The notes under the pieces were generated by a model, which saw only the letters and a list, made by a program, of their open reading frames with translations, was not told where the DNA came from and did not search any database. A program made the translations under genes and the position numbers. DNA of 64,000 nt from Malacoraja senta (lineage: Eukaryota): positions 103,044,001 to 103,108,000 of the forward strand of contig CM075977.1 of the NCBI GenBank assembly GCA_038087875.1, given 5' to 3'. Shown in pieces: positions 26,958 through 39,785 of the stretch. Numbering within the stretch: the first letter of the stretch is position 1; each line of letters starts with the position of its first letter.

Positions 26958-27128
26958 TTAACCTGTCCCCTAGCAATCAATCCCTGCCCATATACAACTG
27001 GAACACCTCACATCCCATCTACCATTTTGCCAACTTCCAATTCCTTGTTCCCTCCCACCTCATCTTCACCATGTACGTACAGTCTTTATACATCTTTATC
27101 CATCTCTCTATCCCTTCAGGAGGTCTGT

Positions 27129-28155
27129 TGGTCGGTGGGGGTGCTGCAAGCCGGCAGCCCAGCATGTTAGTTTTTTCTACTTTTTGGTTTTTTTTAATCT
27201 GTCTCAATGTGTGTTTTTAATGTTATTCTGTTTGTCTTGTGTGGGGGGTGGTGTGGGGGGGGGGGTAAGGGGGAAACGGCTTCGGTCGCCTCCTCCACGG
27301 AGAGACGACTTTTTCTATGTCGCCTCCCCCGTGGCCTAACATCGAGGATCGGTGCGGCCTTTCCCGGAGAAGCGCCCGGGGCTTCCGCAGTGGGTGCAGT
27401 GCGGAGTCTCGTCGTGGAGCGGGCGAGCCCTCGCCGGGGGTCGCCGGAGGGGAGTGCTCCGTTCGCTGGCCCGCGGCAGCCTGAAGCCGCGGTCTGCGGA
27501 GCGCCAGCTGGCGGCGTCCGGAGCCTGGGGTCCCTCGTTGGGAACCTGGGAGGAGAAGAGCTCGGACCGCCGGCCCGCGGCCAACATCATCCAGAATCTG
27601 CGGACTGCGGTGCTTCTGGCTGGTGCGGCGTCCGGAGCCTGGGATCCCTCGTTGGGGACCCCGGAGGAGAAGAGCTCCGACCGCCGGCCTGCGGCCTACT
27701 TCTAACCGCGGGTGCAGCGGGGCTTACCATCCGGAGTGGGATCCCTCGCCGGGGATCCCTGGAGGGGAGCTCCAACCACCGGCCCTGCAGTCTGCGGTGC
27801 TTCTGGCTGCGGCGCGGCGGAGACTTTAAATCTTCGACCGCTGGCCTGCGGCCTACACCAACTTGAAGCCGTGGTCTCCGGTGGGGAGGCACCGATTCAG
27901 GACTTACCTGGACTTTACCTTGTCTACACATCTGGACGCCTGCAGCGGTGACTGCGGAGGGTTGAAGTCCCGACCACGGGGGAAAATGGAGGAGGACTGA
28001 CCAAATGTTGTGCCTTCCACCACAGTGATGAATGCTGTGGTGGATGTTTGGTTTAATTTTTTTATTGTGTGTTCTGTTTTTATTGTACCGCTGCTGGCAA
28101 ATTCATTTCACTGCACTTTATGTGCAAGTTACGAATAAAACTTGACTTGACTTGA
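27129..28155 (+). mobile_element. GC-rich composite non-autonomous retroelement with Rex1-type tail (element A)
   Basis: T-tract, G-tract, internally duplicated GC core, then ATTTCACTGCAC..GTGCAAGTTACGAATAAAA(CTTGA)n. Possible CTGT TSD. Confidence 0.7.
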
Positions 28156-28489
28156 CTGTGGGGCTTCTGCTTCTATTTGCAACAATGACTTTGTCTGTTC
28201 CCCTTCACTAACACTCTTTTCACCCTGGCTGAGGTTGTTCTTGCCCTCATGAACATCTTTTTTATGAATCTTCCCACTTTCCACCACTTAATGGTGTAAC
28301 TGAGAACAGTTTGGCCCCCAGCTGCGCCTGTTTCTTCGTTCATGAGTCAAGTAATGAGTGTTTTATTGTCATACGTCCCAGATAGAACAATGAAATTCTG
28401 ACTTGCAGCATCACAACAGAATATGTAAACATAGTCTACTGTAAACAATATAATAAATGAGAAAAAATAGTTCAGTGTGAGCAAAAAAG

Positions 28490-28930
28490 CTCACCCAGTC
28501 CGTACCGACCAGCGATCCCCGCACATTAACACTACGCCACGCAATAAGGACAATTGTACATTTATACATTTTTAACAAGCCAATTAACCTACAAACCTGT
28601 ACGTCTTTGGAGTTTCAGAGGAAAAAAACCGTGCCATATACTCAACAATAGTTTAGTTTAGAGAAACAGCGCGGAAACAGGCCCTCCGGCCCACCGAGTG
28701 CATCAAGCAGTGATCCCCGCACATTAACACGATCCTACACACACTGGGGCCAATTTAAATTTATACCAAGCCAATTAACCTACAAACCTGTACATCTGTG
28801 GAGTGTGGGAGGAAACTGAAGATCTTGGAGAAAACCCACGCAGGTCACGGGGCGAACGCACAAACTCCGTACAGACACGCACCTGTAGTCAAGATCGAAC
28901 TGTGAAGCAGTAACTCTACCACTGTGCCAT
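28490..28930 (-). mobile_element. Two SINE fragments
   Basis: GCCAATTAACCTACAAACCTGTAC core occurs twice. Confidence 0.8.
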
Positions 28931-29226
28931 CCTGTGCTGAAATATTGACTCTGTTTCTCCATCTGATGCTGCCTGACCTTCTGAAAAATCCCCCGCAGTT
29001 TCCCGATACATCTTCAGCTTGGCCTGNNNNNNNNNNNNNNNNNNNNNNNNNNNNNNNNNNNNNNNNNNNNNNNNNNNNNNNNNNNNNNNNNNNNNNNNNN
29101 NNNNNNNNNNNNNNNNNNNNNNNNNNNNNNNNNNNNNNNNNNNNNNNNNNNNNNNNNNNNNNNNNNNNNNNNNNNNNNNNNNNNNNNNNNNNNNNNNNNN
29201 NNNNNNNNNNNNNNNNNNNNNNNNNN

Positions 29227-29827
29227 CCATTCGGCCCTTCGAGCCAGCACCGCCATTCACTGTGATCATGGCTGGTCATCCACAATCAGTACCCTGTTCC
29301 TACCTTCTCCCCATATCCCCTGACTACGCAATTTTTAAGAGCCCTATCTAGCTCTCTCTTGAAAGTATCCAGAGAACCAGCCTCCACCGCCCTCCGAGGC
29401 AGAGAATTCCACAGACTCACAACTCTCTGTGTGCAAAAGTATTTCCTCATCTCCCTTCTAAATGGCTTACCCCTTAATCTTAAACTGTGGCCCCTGGTTC
29501 TGGACTCCCCCAACATAGGGAACATGTTTCCTGCCTCAAGCGTGTCCAAACCCTTAATAATCTTATATTTCAATAAGATCATCCTCTCATTCTTCTAAAT
29601 TTGAGAGTATACAAGCCCAGCCGCTCCATTCTATCAAGATATGATTGTCCCGCCATCCTGAGAATTAACCTTGTAAACCTACGCTGCACTCCCTCAATGG
29701 CAAGAATGTCCTTCCACAAATTTGGAGACCAAAACTGCACACTATACTCCAGGCAAGGTCTCACTAGTGCCCTGTACAACTGCAGGAGGACCTCTTTGCT
29801 CCTATACTCAACGCCTCGTGTTATGAA
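29227..29827 (-). mobile_element. CR1 LINE 3' fragment
   Basis: YRALVRPCLEYSVQFWSP and TQRVVSLWNSLP. Confidence 0.9.
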
Positions 29828-30055
29828 GTTTGCACGTTCTCCCTGTGATCACCTGTGTTTCCTCCGGGTTCTCTGGTTTCTTCCCACATATCAACAATGC
29901 GTGGGTTTGTTGGTTAATTGGGCCTCTTTAAATTACTCCCAGGTATAGATAATGGAGGGAAAAATGGGATAACATAGAACTAGTGCAAATGAGTGATCGA
30001 TGGTCAGTGTGGACTCAATGGGCCAAAAAGCCTGGTTCCAAGCTGAGTCTTGCAA
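29828..30055 (+). mobile_element. SINE fragment
   Basis: TTTGCACGTTCTCCCTGTGA core and tail region. Confidence 0.7.
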
Positions 30056-30266
30056 TCAAGAGGAGACTCCTGAGATGTGGAAATTAAGTATAAAGCCCAA
30101 TCTCTTTTATCTTCAGTGAATGAGTGGACAGTAATTTGGAACTAACCCTTCAAGTGTGTACTGAATGACAATTATAGAAGTTCAGGTGTCCTTGATTTTC
30201 GATTGTGATTGTCATAGGTTGAATGGCTTTCCACGAGTTCTGAAGACCAGCTACTACTCGCCTCCA

Positions 30267-30980
30267 CTAGGGGCGCCACATTGATGGCAGCCTCTGCCTC
30301 CAGTCTGTCTTTTTTTCTGTCTATTTTTTATTTTTAGTCAGTTTTAAAAGTTTGTTTTGAAGATTTCTTTAGCTTTTCTATGTGGGGGAGGGGGGTAGGG
30401 TAAGGGGAAAACCGTTTCCCAGTCACTTCCTGGCGAGGACGCGACTATTCTCCGAGTCACGTCCTCGCCCCCCTCCTCGCGGCCTACCACCTGGATTGGA
30501 GCGGCCTTTCCTGCCAGGGACCCGGAGCAGAGCTTCACCAACGGCGGCGCAGCGCTGGATACATCGCGGGGCAGGCGATTCCTTACCTGGATCACCGTTG
30601 AAGCTCCGGAGTGTTGAGCCTGCTGATTCAACTTCGGAGTTGTGGTTTGCGGAGCTCCCAGCGCGGGCGGCGCTGACCAACATTGTGGAGTCCTGGGGCC
30701 CTTTGCCGAGGGCCGCCAGCATTGAATCTCCGCCCAGCGCGGCCTGTGGACTTCGGGAGACGCGGACCACGGGAGGACAACAGAGGAGGATGACTGAATT
30801 TTGGAGCCTTCCCTCACAGTGGGAAACTTTGATCCCGCTGTGTGGGGTTGTCTGTGTTAAGACTATCGTGTTCTGTGCTCTTTATTATTTGTATGGCTGT
30901 ATGGCGACCACACATTTTACTGTACCAATTGGTACAAGTGACAAATAAGATGTATCTTGTATCTTGTATCTTGTATCTTT
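30267..30980 (+). mobile_element. GC-rich composite non-autonomous retroelement with Rex1-type tail (element B)
   Basis: Same architecture as element A. Tail TGTACCAATTGGTACAAGTGACAAATAA followed by (GTATCTT)n. Possible CCTCCA TSD at 30261-30266 and 30981-30986. Confidence 0.7.
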
Positions 30981-32329
30981 CCTCCATGGAGTGTGTTGGT
31001 GATGAGAAAGAGTTGGGAGTTATGATGTGTCCTTCTTTGACAGCAGTATTCACGGAGGTTGTCATCCTACTGGTTAGTGTAGTATCATGGATGAATTGTG
31101 GGATCAAGGAAAGAGCGTTCATGTCGCGGCCCTGTTTTCACCAAGCTTTCCACCACCACACACAAGAAATGCAAGACAGACACCATTGTATGCAGATGCA
31201 GAGAAGTGTGGTCAGCTCTGGCTGAACAACTTCTAATCTTGTGTGTGGACCCGATAAGAAGAAGATGGATCAATTGTACCAGGTTACCCAAGAGGACAGA
31301 GGAAATTATTCATTTCATTCTCAAGGTTACCTTGAAAACGTGAATTATCCCTGTTGACTCTTGGGAACCTGTGGCGTCTGACTACTCAAAGTGGATAGGG
31401 AACATTGGCTGCACTGAGAGTATTGAATCTCCTTGACAGGAGCACATGGTAATGCAGCAAAAGTGATGGGAAAACAATGCATCAGGCATACTGCCCACTA
31501 TGAAGCACCCCTTGCCCCAACTGTGGCAGAGTCTGCAGATCCCACCATGGCTTCATCTGCCATCTCAGAACCCAATTGAGTGGATGGAAGTAATTCACTG
31601 TCAAAGTCGAGGAAGGAAATTGAAGCAGAATAGCATATATACCCGAGAACAGAAAACAAAACACAGATAAAGTACGGAAAAAATGGAAACACAGCTAGAC
31701 TACACCTCCACATAGATGGAATGAGCAGAAATGTTAAGGGTTCAGTTTAATGCTCAAATATGCAATGCAACAAAGGGGATGAATACTTGACAGCATTATA
31801 TGCAGAGGTGGGAAATATGGGAAGGTAAATGGAAATTGAAAACTAAAATGCAAAGAAACATAAAGAAAGATAGGCAAATTCCGAGAGGAAAGTGACTACG
31901 TTTCGGTAAACAATTCATCAGTATTGTATGCATATGCCATGAATAGAAGCAGCAGAAGGATCGTAATATCAGACATAACTGTTTCCACTACAGTATTTTT
32001 GGATGATGCATATCCAATACTTCCATGAATTGAGGACGATCAGCCATGATCGCAATGAATGGCGGTGCTGGCTAGTAGGGCCGAATGGCCTCCTCCTGCA
32101 CCTATTTTCTATGTTTCAATGTTTCTATGAAGTGAATTACAATTACTGGAACATTCAAATAACATTAATATCTAGCTTTTCTTGTAAATTAAAATAAATT
32201 ATGAATAACAAAATCATTATTCATATAAGCATCACATCTGTGTATTAATGCATTAGATGTCCATAAGCAAGGTTTAGGCGACAAGAGAGTTTTAGGCACC
32301 TCGGGGAGAATTTACAGAAGATTGGTTAA

Positions 32330-32920
32330 TTGCAACAATAACCATAACACTAACTGTGTGAGCAATAAATGGAAGTTGAGACTCAAGGCAATCACACCAC
32401 AATACTACACCATCATCATGACTGAGGTTTACATTCTGCTCCAGGCAGATATTTGGCCAACACCAGAAGATATGCTCACCATGGTCAACAAACACCAGTC
32501 TGTGTACCCTGCGGGTAAGGAACTGTAGGCACGACAATTCACCTACCGCCACAATAGATCAACAGGAAATGTGAAGTCGCTGGTTCCCAATTTTGCATTG
32601 CACTCTTGGACAATAAGAACACATGTCAGGCTATTGTTCATCGACTATTGTTCATCAACATTGTCATCCCCTCTAAACTTGTCGTCAAACTTGGAGAACT
32701 AGTTCTTTGATCATCCCTATGCAATTGGATCCTCATAAGCAGACCACAAATACTATGCATTGGTAACAGCATTTTCTCCTCAATGATTATCAATAAAGCC
32801 TGTGTTTTCAGTCCTATTCTCTGCTCTCTATACCCATGACTGTGTGGACAGATAAAGCTTCAACACCATCTTTATATTCGCTGACGATACCACTGCTGTT
32901 GGATAAATAACTGGTAACTC
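32330..32920 (+). mobile_element. Highly degenerate Rex1/Babar fragments
   Basis: TEVYILLQAD (resembles TAVYIPPQAN), VRLLFIDY and FADDTTAVG. Confidence 0.7.
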
Positions 32921-33589
32921 TTGAATCAGTTTCTTGGACAGAATAAGAATATTTTGAAAAATAAACAATAACAAACCATCTAGCATTATGTAACTTTGGA
33001 CACTATTTTTCCTCCAAGGTGTACTTGCAGAAGATGAAATCAACTCTTGAACAAGGAATATGAAGACGTTTTACCTGTTCAATTTACCAGCTGATAATCG
33101 TGGTCTGTATGATGGCACATTATAATTCTTAGATGGCAATAATGTCAACATACCTTTTGGTCAACCAATTACTTATCATTGTTGGAATTGAATGAAACAA
33201 TAACTGAATTATTCTGAATAGATTCTCTTCTAATAACCATTCTCTGTCAAAAGATTCAGTTCCAATCAGGTTTCTTGGGGACAACTATCATCAGGTTATC
33301 TAGACAGAAGTGGGATTTTTTTTAACAATGTAAAATATTGTGTGATTTATAAAAAGCAATTTTGTCATCCTACAGTTGATCATTCTTTTTCACTGTGCAG
33401 TTTAATTAGCCTTCAAATCACAATTTGGTGTAAAAACCACAAAAAAAATAATGTTTCTGTTACCTAACATTCCTATGGCAATGCCATAAAATCACTCTGT
33501 TATTTGCAACAAATGATTATTTTCACAACATGTATTCAAACCCAACAGAAAATCTTGGTAAATTATAGTAATCAGTGCATCTGACGGCA

Positions 33590-34015
33590 CTGGCCCTGTA
33601 CTCACTGAAGTTTTAAACAATGAGAGGGAACCTCATTGAAACGTACCGAATAGTAAAAGCCTTGGATGTACTGGATATGGAAAGGATGTTTCCACTTGCG
33701 GGATAGTCTAGGACTGGAGGTCATAGCCTCAGAATTAAAGGACATTATTTTAAGAAGGAGATGAGGAGGAATTTCTTTAGTCAGAGGGTGGTGAATCAGT
33801 GGAATTCTTTGCCACAGAAGGCTCTGGAGGCCAAGTCAGTGGATATATTTAAGATAGAGATAGATAGATTCTTGATTAGTACTCGTGTCAGAGGTTACGG
33901 GGAGAAGGCAGGAGGAAGGAGTTAGGAGGGAGAGATGGATCAGCCATGATTGAATGGCGGAGTAGACTTGATGGGCTGAAGAGCCAAATTCTGCTCCTAT
34001 CACATGTTCTTATGA
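33590..34015 (+). mobile_element. CR1 LINE 3' fragment
   Basis: MRGNLIETY, FFSQRVVN and the family 3' UTR. Confidence 0.85.
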
Positions 34016-35634
34016 TCTGGAAATTATCAGATTAACTATCTTGTCGATTTTCCAATCCACTTGCATCAGATCTGCTCAAAGTTGGATGGAAAATGTTGGC
34101 TAGTGTCTGGTATTAAGTCATCAGTGTCTACAAATATTCATGTACATATAGAAACTAAATTAAAATGTTAATTTAGTCATACACTTACTAATTCTGGACA
34201 AAAATTCTGACCTGAATCATTTTGAAACAGAATAGATGAAAATAATAGAACATGACTTGGATCAATTGGCATTTTCAGAGGACATTTTAAAATGAATAGA
34301 ATCGCTTGAATAGAAAACATACTGTGAATAGAAAACAAAATGTCAATGGTCCCAAAGAGTTGGAGGTGAAACAGTAGAACTTGTGAAGGAATTGGATGCA
34401 TCAGCTGAAAATATGAATGCCATATTATATGGAAAAGATCTTCATGAAAATGAGAGTGGTAATAAGGGCAACATGGAGAAAAGATTTTAATTTCCCTTTA
34501 TTTATGGTAATTCATTTTGAGCTTGAGTTAGTCTGAAAATTGAGTTTGCAGATCTGCATATCAAAACAGGTGACATAGATTAAATTAAAAAAGATAATTG
34601 CTTCATTGATAAACCTACACGATGTTAGCCATGTTAATGTTTTAAGTACAATACATCAAATTCTGCTATAGGATTTATGAAGTCAATTAAGTGTACAGCT
34701 GAACACATTACATGATTAGAATGGAAATATATTCGGCGAGGTATTGCATTTTTGATAGTTGGTGGGAACTACCTCAATCCTTCAGTTCTAACGCATGCAA
34801 ATACCAATATGCAAGGAGCAGTGGGGGGTTTTCATATCAATATTCAAGGAGTATTTTATTTTAAAACCAGTTTGATATTAGATTGATGTGGTAACCAAAT
34901 GCTACTGGACATGTGGAAATGATCAAAGAGAGCATATGATGGGCAAAAGTTATTTGAATGCTGAGTGGAATAAAATTGTAAAGACATTCTATCAAAAGGC
35001 TGGTGCTAGTGTGCAAAGAAATCCTTTCCCCCCCCCCCCCCCCCCCCCACCTCCGCCCCATCGCACTCCGCAATAGTAAACCTATATGGTTGGCATTTTT
35101 GAAATTCCTTGGGCTGATCGATCAGTATTTAGCTGGCTGCACAGACGCATGGCTTTTAGTCCCATGTCTGCTGCCACTTACTTGTTTTGGGTGTGAGGAC
35201 CGAACAAGTAGTAATTTTCCCATCCTCATTGCACTTTAGAGGTTTAGAAAAGCTTCAGAGACAAGCAGACCTCTCCAGTACACCATAGTGCGCCACTGCC
35301 CCAGTACCAGCCTGGGTATCCTGACTGAAGTCAGAGCTGTACATAACCATGTAATGTGTTCAGCTGAACACCTAATTGAGCTGCACATAATTTAAACATG
35401 TAAACATTAAAAATAGTAAATTTAAATAAACATTGAAATGGGGAGAAGGCTGGAGAATGGGATTAGGAGGGAGAGATAGATCAGCCATGATTGAATGACG
35501 GAGTAGACTTGATGGGCCGAATGGCCTAATTCTACTCCTATCACTTATGATCTTAAATGCTAAAAAAATAACTGAAGCTTAAAATTATAATCTACAGTGC
35601 CAAGAATCTCCACTCGATTTGTTGGTATTTTTAT

Positions 35635-35937
35635 TCATTTCAGTGATACTGCATGGAAACTTTGACTGAATCCATGCAGACACTGGTCACCCATTCACTG
35701 TAGATCTATGTTATCCCACTTTCTCGTCCACTCCCTACACACTTGGGGAAATTTACAGATGCCAATTCACCTACAAGTCTGCACATCTTTGAGAAAGTGG
35801 GAGGGAACTGGTTCATCCAAAGAAAATCCACGTGGTGATTCCGAGAACGTACAAACTTCACACAGACAGCGGCCAAGGTCAAGATCAAACTTAGGTCTCT
35901 GACACTGTGAGGCAGCAGCTCTACAGATGCACCACTT
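35635..35937 (-). mobile_element. Diverged SINE
   Basis: GAGAACGTACAAACT core and head remnant. Confidence 0.7.
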
Positions 35938-36234
35938 TGTTGCAGTAGTTGAAGCCACATCTGCTTATGACAGGCATCTTGGGCTAAAATGGTCTCGTAT
36001 GTGACACCGCTACTAATTTTCTCACTCATCTATTATCTCCACATTCACATCTGACACTGACTGGTGCAAGCTAGAGGAAACACGTTCCCTGCTGTGATGC
36101 TGTGGAGATTCAAATGAAAAGCAGATGCTGTAAATCTGAAATAAAAAGTGAAAATGCTGGAAACACTCAGTGAGTCAAGCAGCATGTGTGGAAAGATAAA
36201 CTGAGTTCACATTTCAGGTCAAAGATCATATGTC

Positions 36235-36635
36235 AGAAACATAGAACCATAGAAAATTGGTGCAGGAGTAGGCCATTTGGCCCTTCGAGCCAGCAGATCC
36301 ATTCAATAACTTCATGGCTGATCATCCAACATCAGTATCCCGTTCCTGCTTTCTCCCCACATCCCTTGATTCCATTAGCCCTAAGAGCTAAATCCAACTC
36401 TCTCTTGAATACATCCAGTGAATTGGCCTCCACTGCCTTCTGTGGCAGAGAATTCCACAGATTCACAACTCTCTAGGTGAAAACGTTTATCCTCATCTCA
36501 GTCCTAAGTGACCTACTCCTGGTTCTGGACTCCCCCAACATCGGGAACATTTTTCCTGCATCTAGCCTGTCTAATCCCTTAAAATTTGTATATGTCTCTA
36601 TAAGATCCCCACTCATCCTTCTAAATTCCCGTGAA
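36235..36635 (-). mobile_element. CR1 LINE 3' fragment
   Basis: RRMSGDLIETY and the family 3' UTR. Confidence 0.85.
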
Positions 36636-37204
36636 TAGAGCACCAAGATAATGGTGGCAATCCTTGCATGACCCACTGCCACAACTACACTGTTATTTGT
36701 ATGATTGGGTCTGTTATTTGAACTATCGACCAGACCAGTTTCGTGAATGAATTTGTGATTCTTCCCTGTATGAAGACAGAAAATAGGTGCTTATTTTTTA
36801 TCATGACACCACTTATATAAAACAAATAAGAACCAACTATTTTCCCTCGCAAGTTGGAAAAAATAATTCAATACAATTGACAGGTCACTAATACTGAAGA
36901 ATGATTTCTTAATAAATTATGCTCCATGCCTGAACTGCTTTAGTAACAAATTAAAATTATTTGTCAGTGACGCTGAAAGTTCCACGTTGCTTAAAACAAG
37001 GAAAATGTCAAGGGCAAACTCGGCAGAGGTCATGAATTAGGTAGTCAATGTTGTTTTAACTAAATTAAAACCAACAGCTATTGATATTACTAATCAATAA
37101 ACAGGCCTTGTATGGGGTCTACTGCATATTTTTTTTACCTCAATTAATGAATAGGTTCCATGGCATGGTGTATTGCTGACACCCACAATCAGATTTCACT
37201 TTTA

Positions 37205-37507
37205 AGTAGTTTAGTTTAGAAATACAGCGTGGAAACAGGTCCTTCAGCCCACAGAGTCCACACCGATCAGCGATCCCCACACATTAACACTGTCCTACAT
37301 GCACTAGGGATAATTTACATTCATACCAAGCCAATTAATCCACAAAACTATACGTCTTTGGAGAGTGGGAGGAAAGCGAAGATCCCGGAGAAAACCCATG
37401 CAGGTCACGGGGAGAAGGTACGAACTCCGTGCAGATAGCACCCGTAGTCAGGATCGAACCCAGGTCTCTGGCGTTGTAAGGCAGCAACTCTATTGCATTG
37501 CCACCGT
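37205..37507 (-). mobile_element. tRNA-derived SINE
   Basis: Head, B-box GGTTCGATCC, core and tail. Confidence 0.85.
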
Positions 37508-37914
37508 TATTAGCTATCATGAACTCCCTCTGCATAATATCAAAATTTAAGCAGACTTTCTCCAAAAATACATCATGGCAAAGGCACTTTTTGACTACAG
37601 TGAGAGGAGTAATGTGTTGAAATACCTGAGCCTATATTACCACGTAATGAGTTCAGGCTGATCCACAGCCTCTTCTATGTACCATCTTCATTCTATGTGC
37701 CTTAGTTCCTTCTTGATGCAGTGGAATTATTTCCAATTTTTCTCTGCATAAAAGATTACCTCCTAATATGATCTTTGTACTCCTAATTTCTAAAGGTACG
37801 AATGTGTCCCTTTTGCTCTTGTCTCACTGACTGCAGTTTGTCTCTCTCAACCCTGTACAATCTTTCACTCTTAAAACACCTCAATCAGAGCACCATTTCA
37901 AAACCTAATTCAGG

Positions 37915-38107
37915 ACCATTTTTACTCGTGGACATTTTTCATCAGGCTAGAAAAACGCCCCGACTTACTTGATGCCACGAGTACCTACGACTAGCATCAT
38001 GACCTACCTATGATCTCCTACGACCTCGTGACAACCATGCTGCAAGTATGAGTCAAGGGCAAACTCAGCAGAGGTCGTGAATTAGGTCGTGAAAGTGGGA
38101 CAGGCCC
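37915..38107. mobile_element. MITE right half
   Basis: Ends in AGTGGGACAGGCCC. Internal ACTCGTGGACATTTTTCA is shared with the MITE at 17884-18198. Confidence 0.75.
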
Positions 38108-38431
38108 TTTAATATTCAATAGAGAGAGAAACACTTGAGGGAGGCACGCTGGTGTAGCTAGTGGAGCCGCGGCTTCAACGTCCAACTGCCCCAGGTTCAA
38201 TGCTAACGTTTGGTGCTCTCTGTGTGCAGCTTGTACATCCTCCCTACGACCATGTAGATTTCCTCAATGTTCTCCAGTTTCCTTCCACATGCCAAAAACA
38301 TGCAGATTTGTACGTTAGTTGGTCACTGCAATACCATATAGGTAAGTGACAGAAACTATAGGGAACCGATGGGAATGTGGAGATAATAAATTAGAGGGAA
38401 AATGAGTAGGGGTATCACCTTGATGGAGATA

Positions 38432-38432
38432 T

Positions 38433-38484
<52 letters not shown>
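38432..38484. repeat. (CA)n(TA)n microsatellite
   Basis: Visible directly. Confidence 0.95.
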
Positions 38485-38487
<3 letters not shown>

Positions 38488-39576
38488 CTTATTTGTGTGT
38501 CCTGTATGCATGTTCTATGCTGTATGTATTATATTTATATATTGTTTTACATAAATCTCTGTTCCTCTACCTTCCTAACTTACTACATTTAAAAAATCCA
38601 AAATATTTGACTCCCATCTACCTGAATCTGCCGTGCCCACTTCATCTATCCACAATCCTCGACAACGTTGTCCTATTCTACACTATTCACTATGCCATGA
38701 ATGCCCTAAGAATAAACAACAAGCCTTGTGCAACTAATTCATAAATATAATGGGCAGCTGAGGTTCGGCAATGGATCTCCATGCACAGGGTTCTCTGGAG
38801 CATTTGGCAGTTCTAGCAAATGTTCAAGTCCAGTGCACTCAAGGGCTGGTCTTCATGAACAATTTAAATTAGACAGCAAATGTGGACAATGTCAAAGTGA
38901 CAAAAACATTACCCATTCCTTGTTTTTTATTTATTTGTAGTGATCCTGAGTTATAGCATTGCATATATCACAGTAAACCCTCATTTTAATGGACCTCTTT
39001 ATAACAGATTTTGGTAATAGTGGACGGACCTACCGATCACAGCCAACGCCATCCCCGACTCGCACCGCCTGCCCTGCTGCCAGCACCACTAGCGACTTAC
39101 CTGCACTCCAGCCACCCACAGGCCATGACCATTGACTCCGCCGATCCCCGCCTCTCCCCCGGCAGCCAGCAGGTTGGGACCATCAACTCACCTGGATTCC
39201 TGCCCAGTTCCGGACCAAGAGTCTGAAGAAGGATCTCAACCGGAAATGTCACCTATCTATGTTCTCCAGAGATGCTGCCTGATCTGCTGAGTTACTTCAG
39301 CACTTTGTACCCTTTTGCATATTAACCAGCAACTGCAGTTATTAATTTCTACTACTTATGAAATGATAATACCATACATGGTTACAGCTCATCTTTGGCA
39401 ATAATACACACCATCCCCTCTACACCCCCATGGTCAGTTATCACAAAGGTTTACGGTGCTGTACGATTAAATCAAGTGAAGCCTGGTGCTTTGAAAATAC
39501 TTTATCTGTGATCTCTTGAAAAGCGTAATTCCTAGTTCAAACATGAGAAGGAAAAAAAACATCCCAAAATGGTTAA

Positions 39577-39785
39577 TGTAGAGCCGTGCATGTTCCTTTA
39601 ACATAATGACCTCACCACTACTAACCACTCCCCATTATCTTCAGTATAATTGTAATCTTCCCACCCCTAGCTCGCTCTCTAGCTCCGGTAACGGACCACG
39701 AACAGCTAGGGCAATATGTGTGTATACGACTACAATGTATGCAATAAACTAAGAGTGAAGACTACGTGTTTGACAAGTCTTTACA
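39577..39785 (+). repeat. 5' LTR (209 bp) of the Gypsy element
   Basis: TGTAGAG...CTTTACA termini, TATAA near 39646, AATAAA at 39743. Followed immediately by PBS TGGTGTCA (tRNA-Leu type). Confidence 0.88.

Larger units (their letters stand above)
23990..28340 (+). mobile_element. Degenerate Penelope RT split by two younger insertions (parts ~23990-24415, 26962-27128, 28156-28340)
   Basis: Decayed IKPADKGG-like motif (~24155), LIFTMYVQSLY (~27060), and LAEVVL plus PSCACFFV (~28230-28340). Confidence 0.7.

Noticed and set aside
27207-27951. Overlapping 68-219-aa ORFs in the GC-rich element (likewise 25223-26162 and 30344-30948)
   Set aside because: Low stop frequency in GC-rich DNA, no recognisable domain, and open frames on both strands.
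28845-29351. ORFs spanning N gaps (also 51155-51534 and 57610-58078)
   Set aside because: Assembly-gap artefacts.
30264-30278. CTCF motif
   Set aside because: One G short of the consensus and formed at an insertion junction.
38971-39225. Tigger/pogo-like terminus CAGTAAACCCTC followed by a GC-rich stretch
   Set aside because: No second TIR or TA TSD was found, so the evidence is too weak to call.
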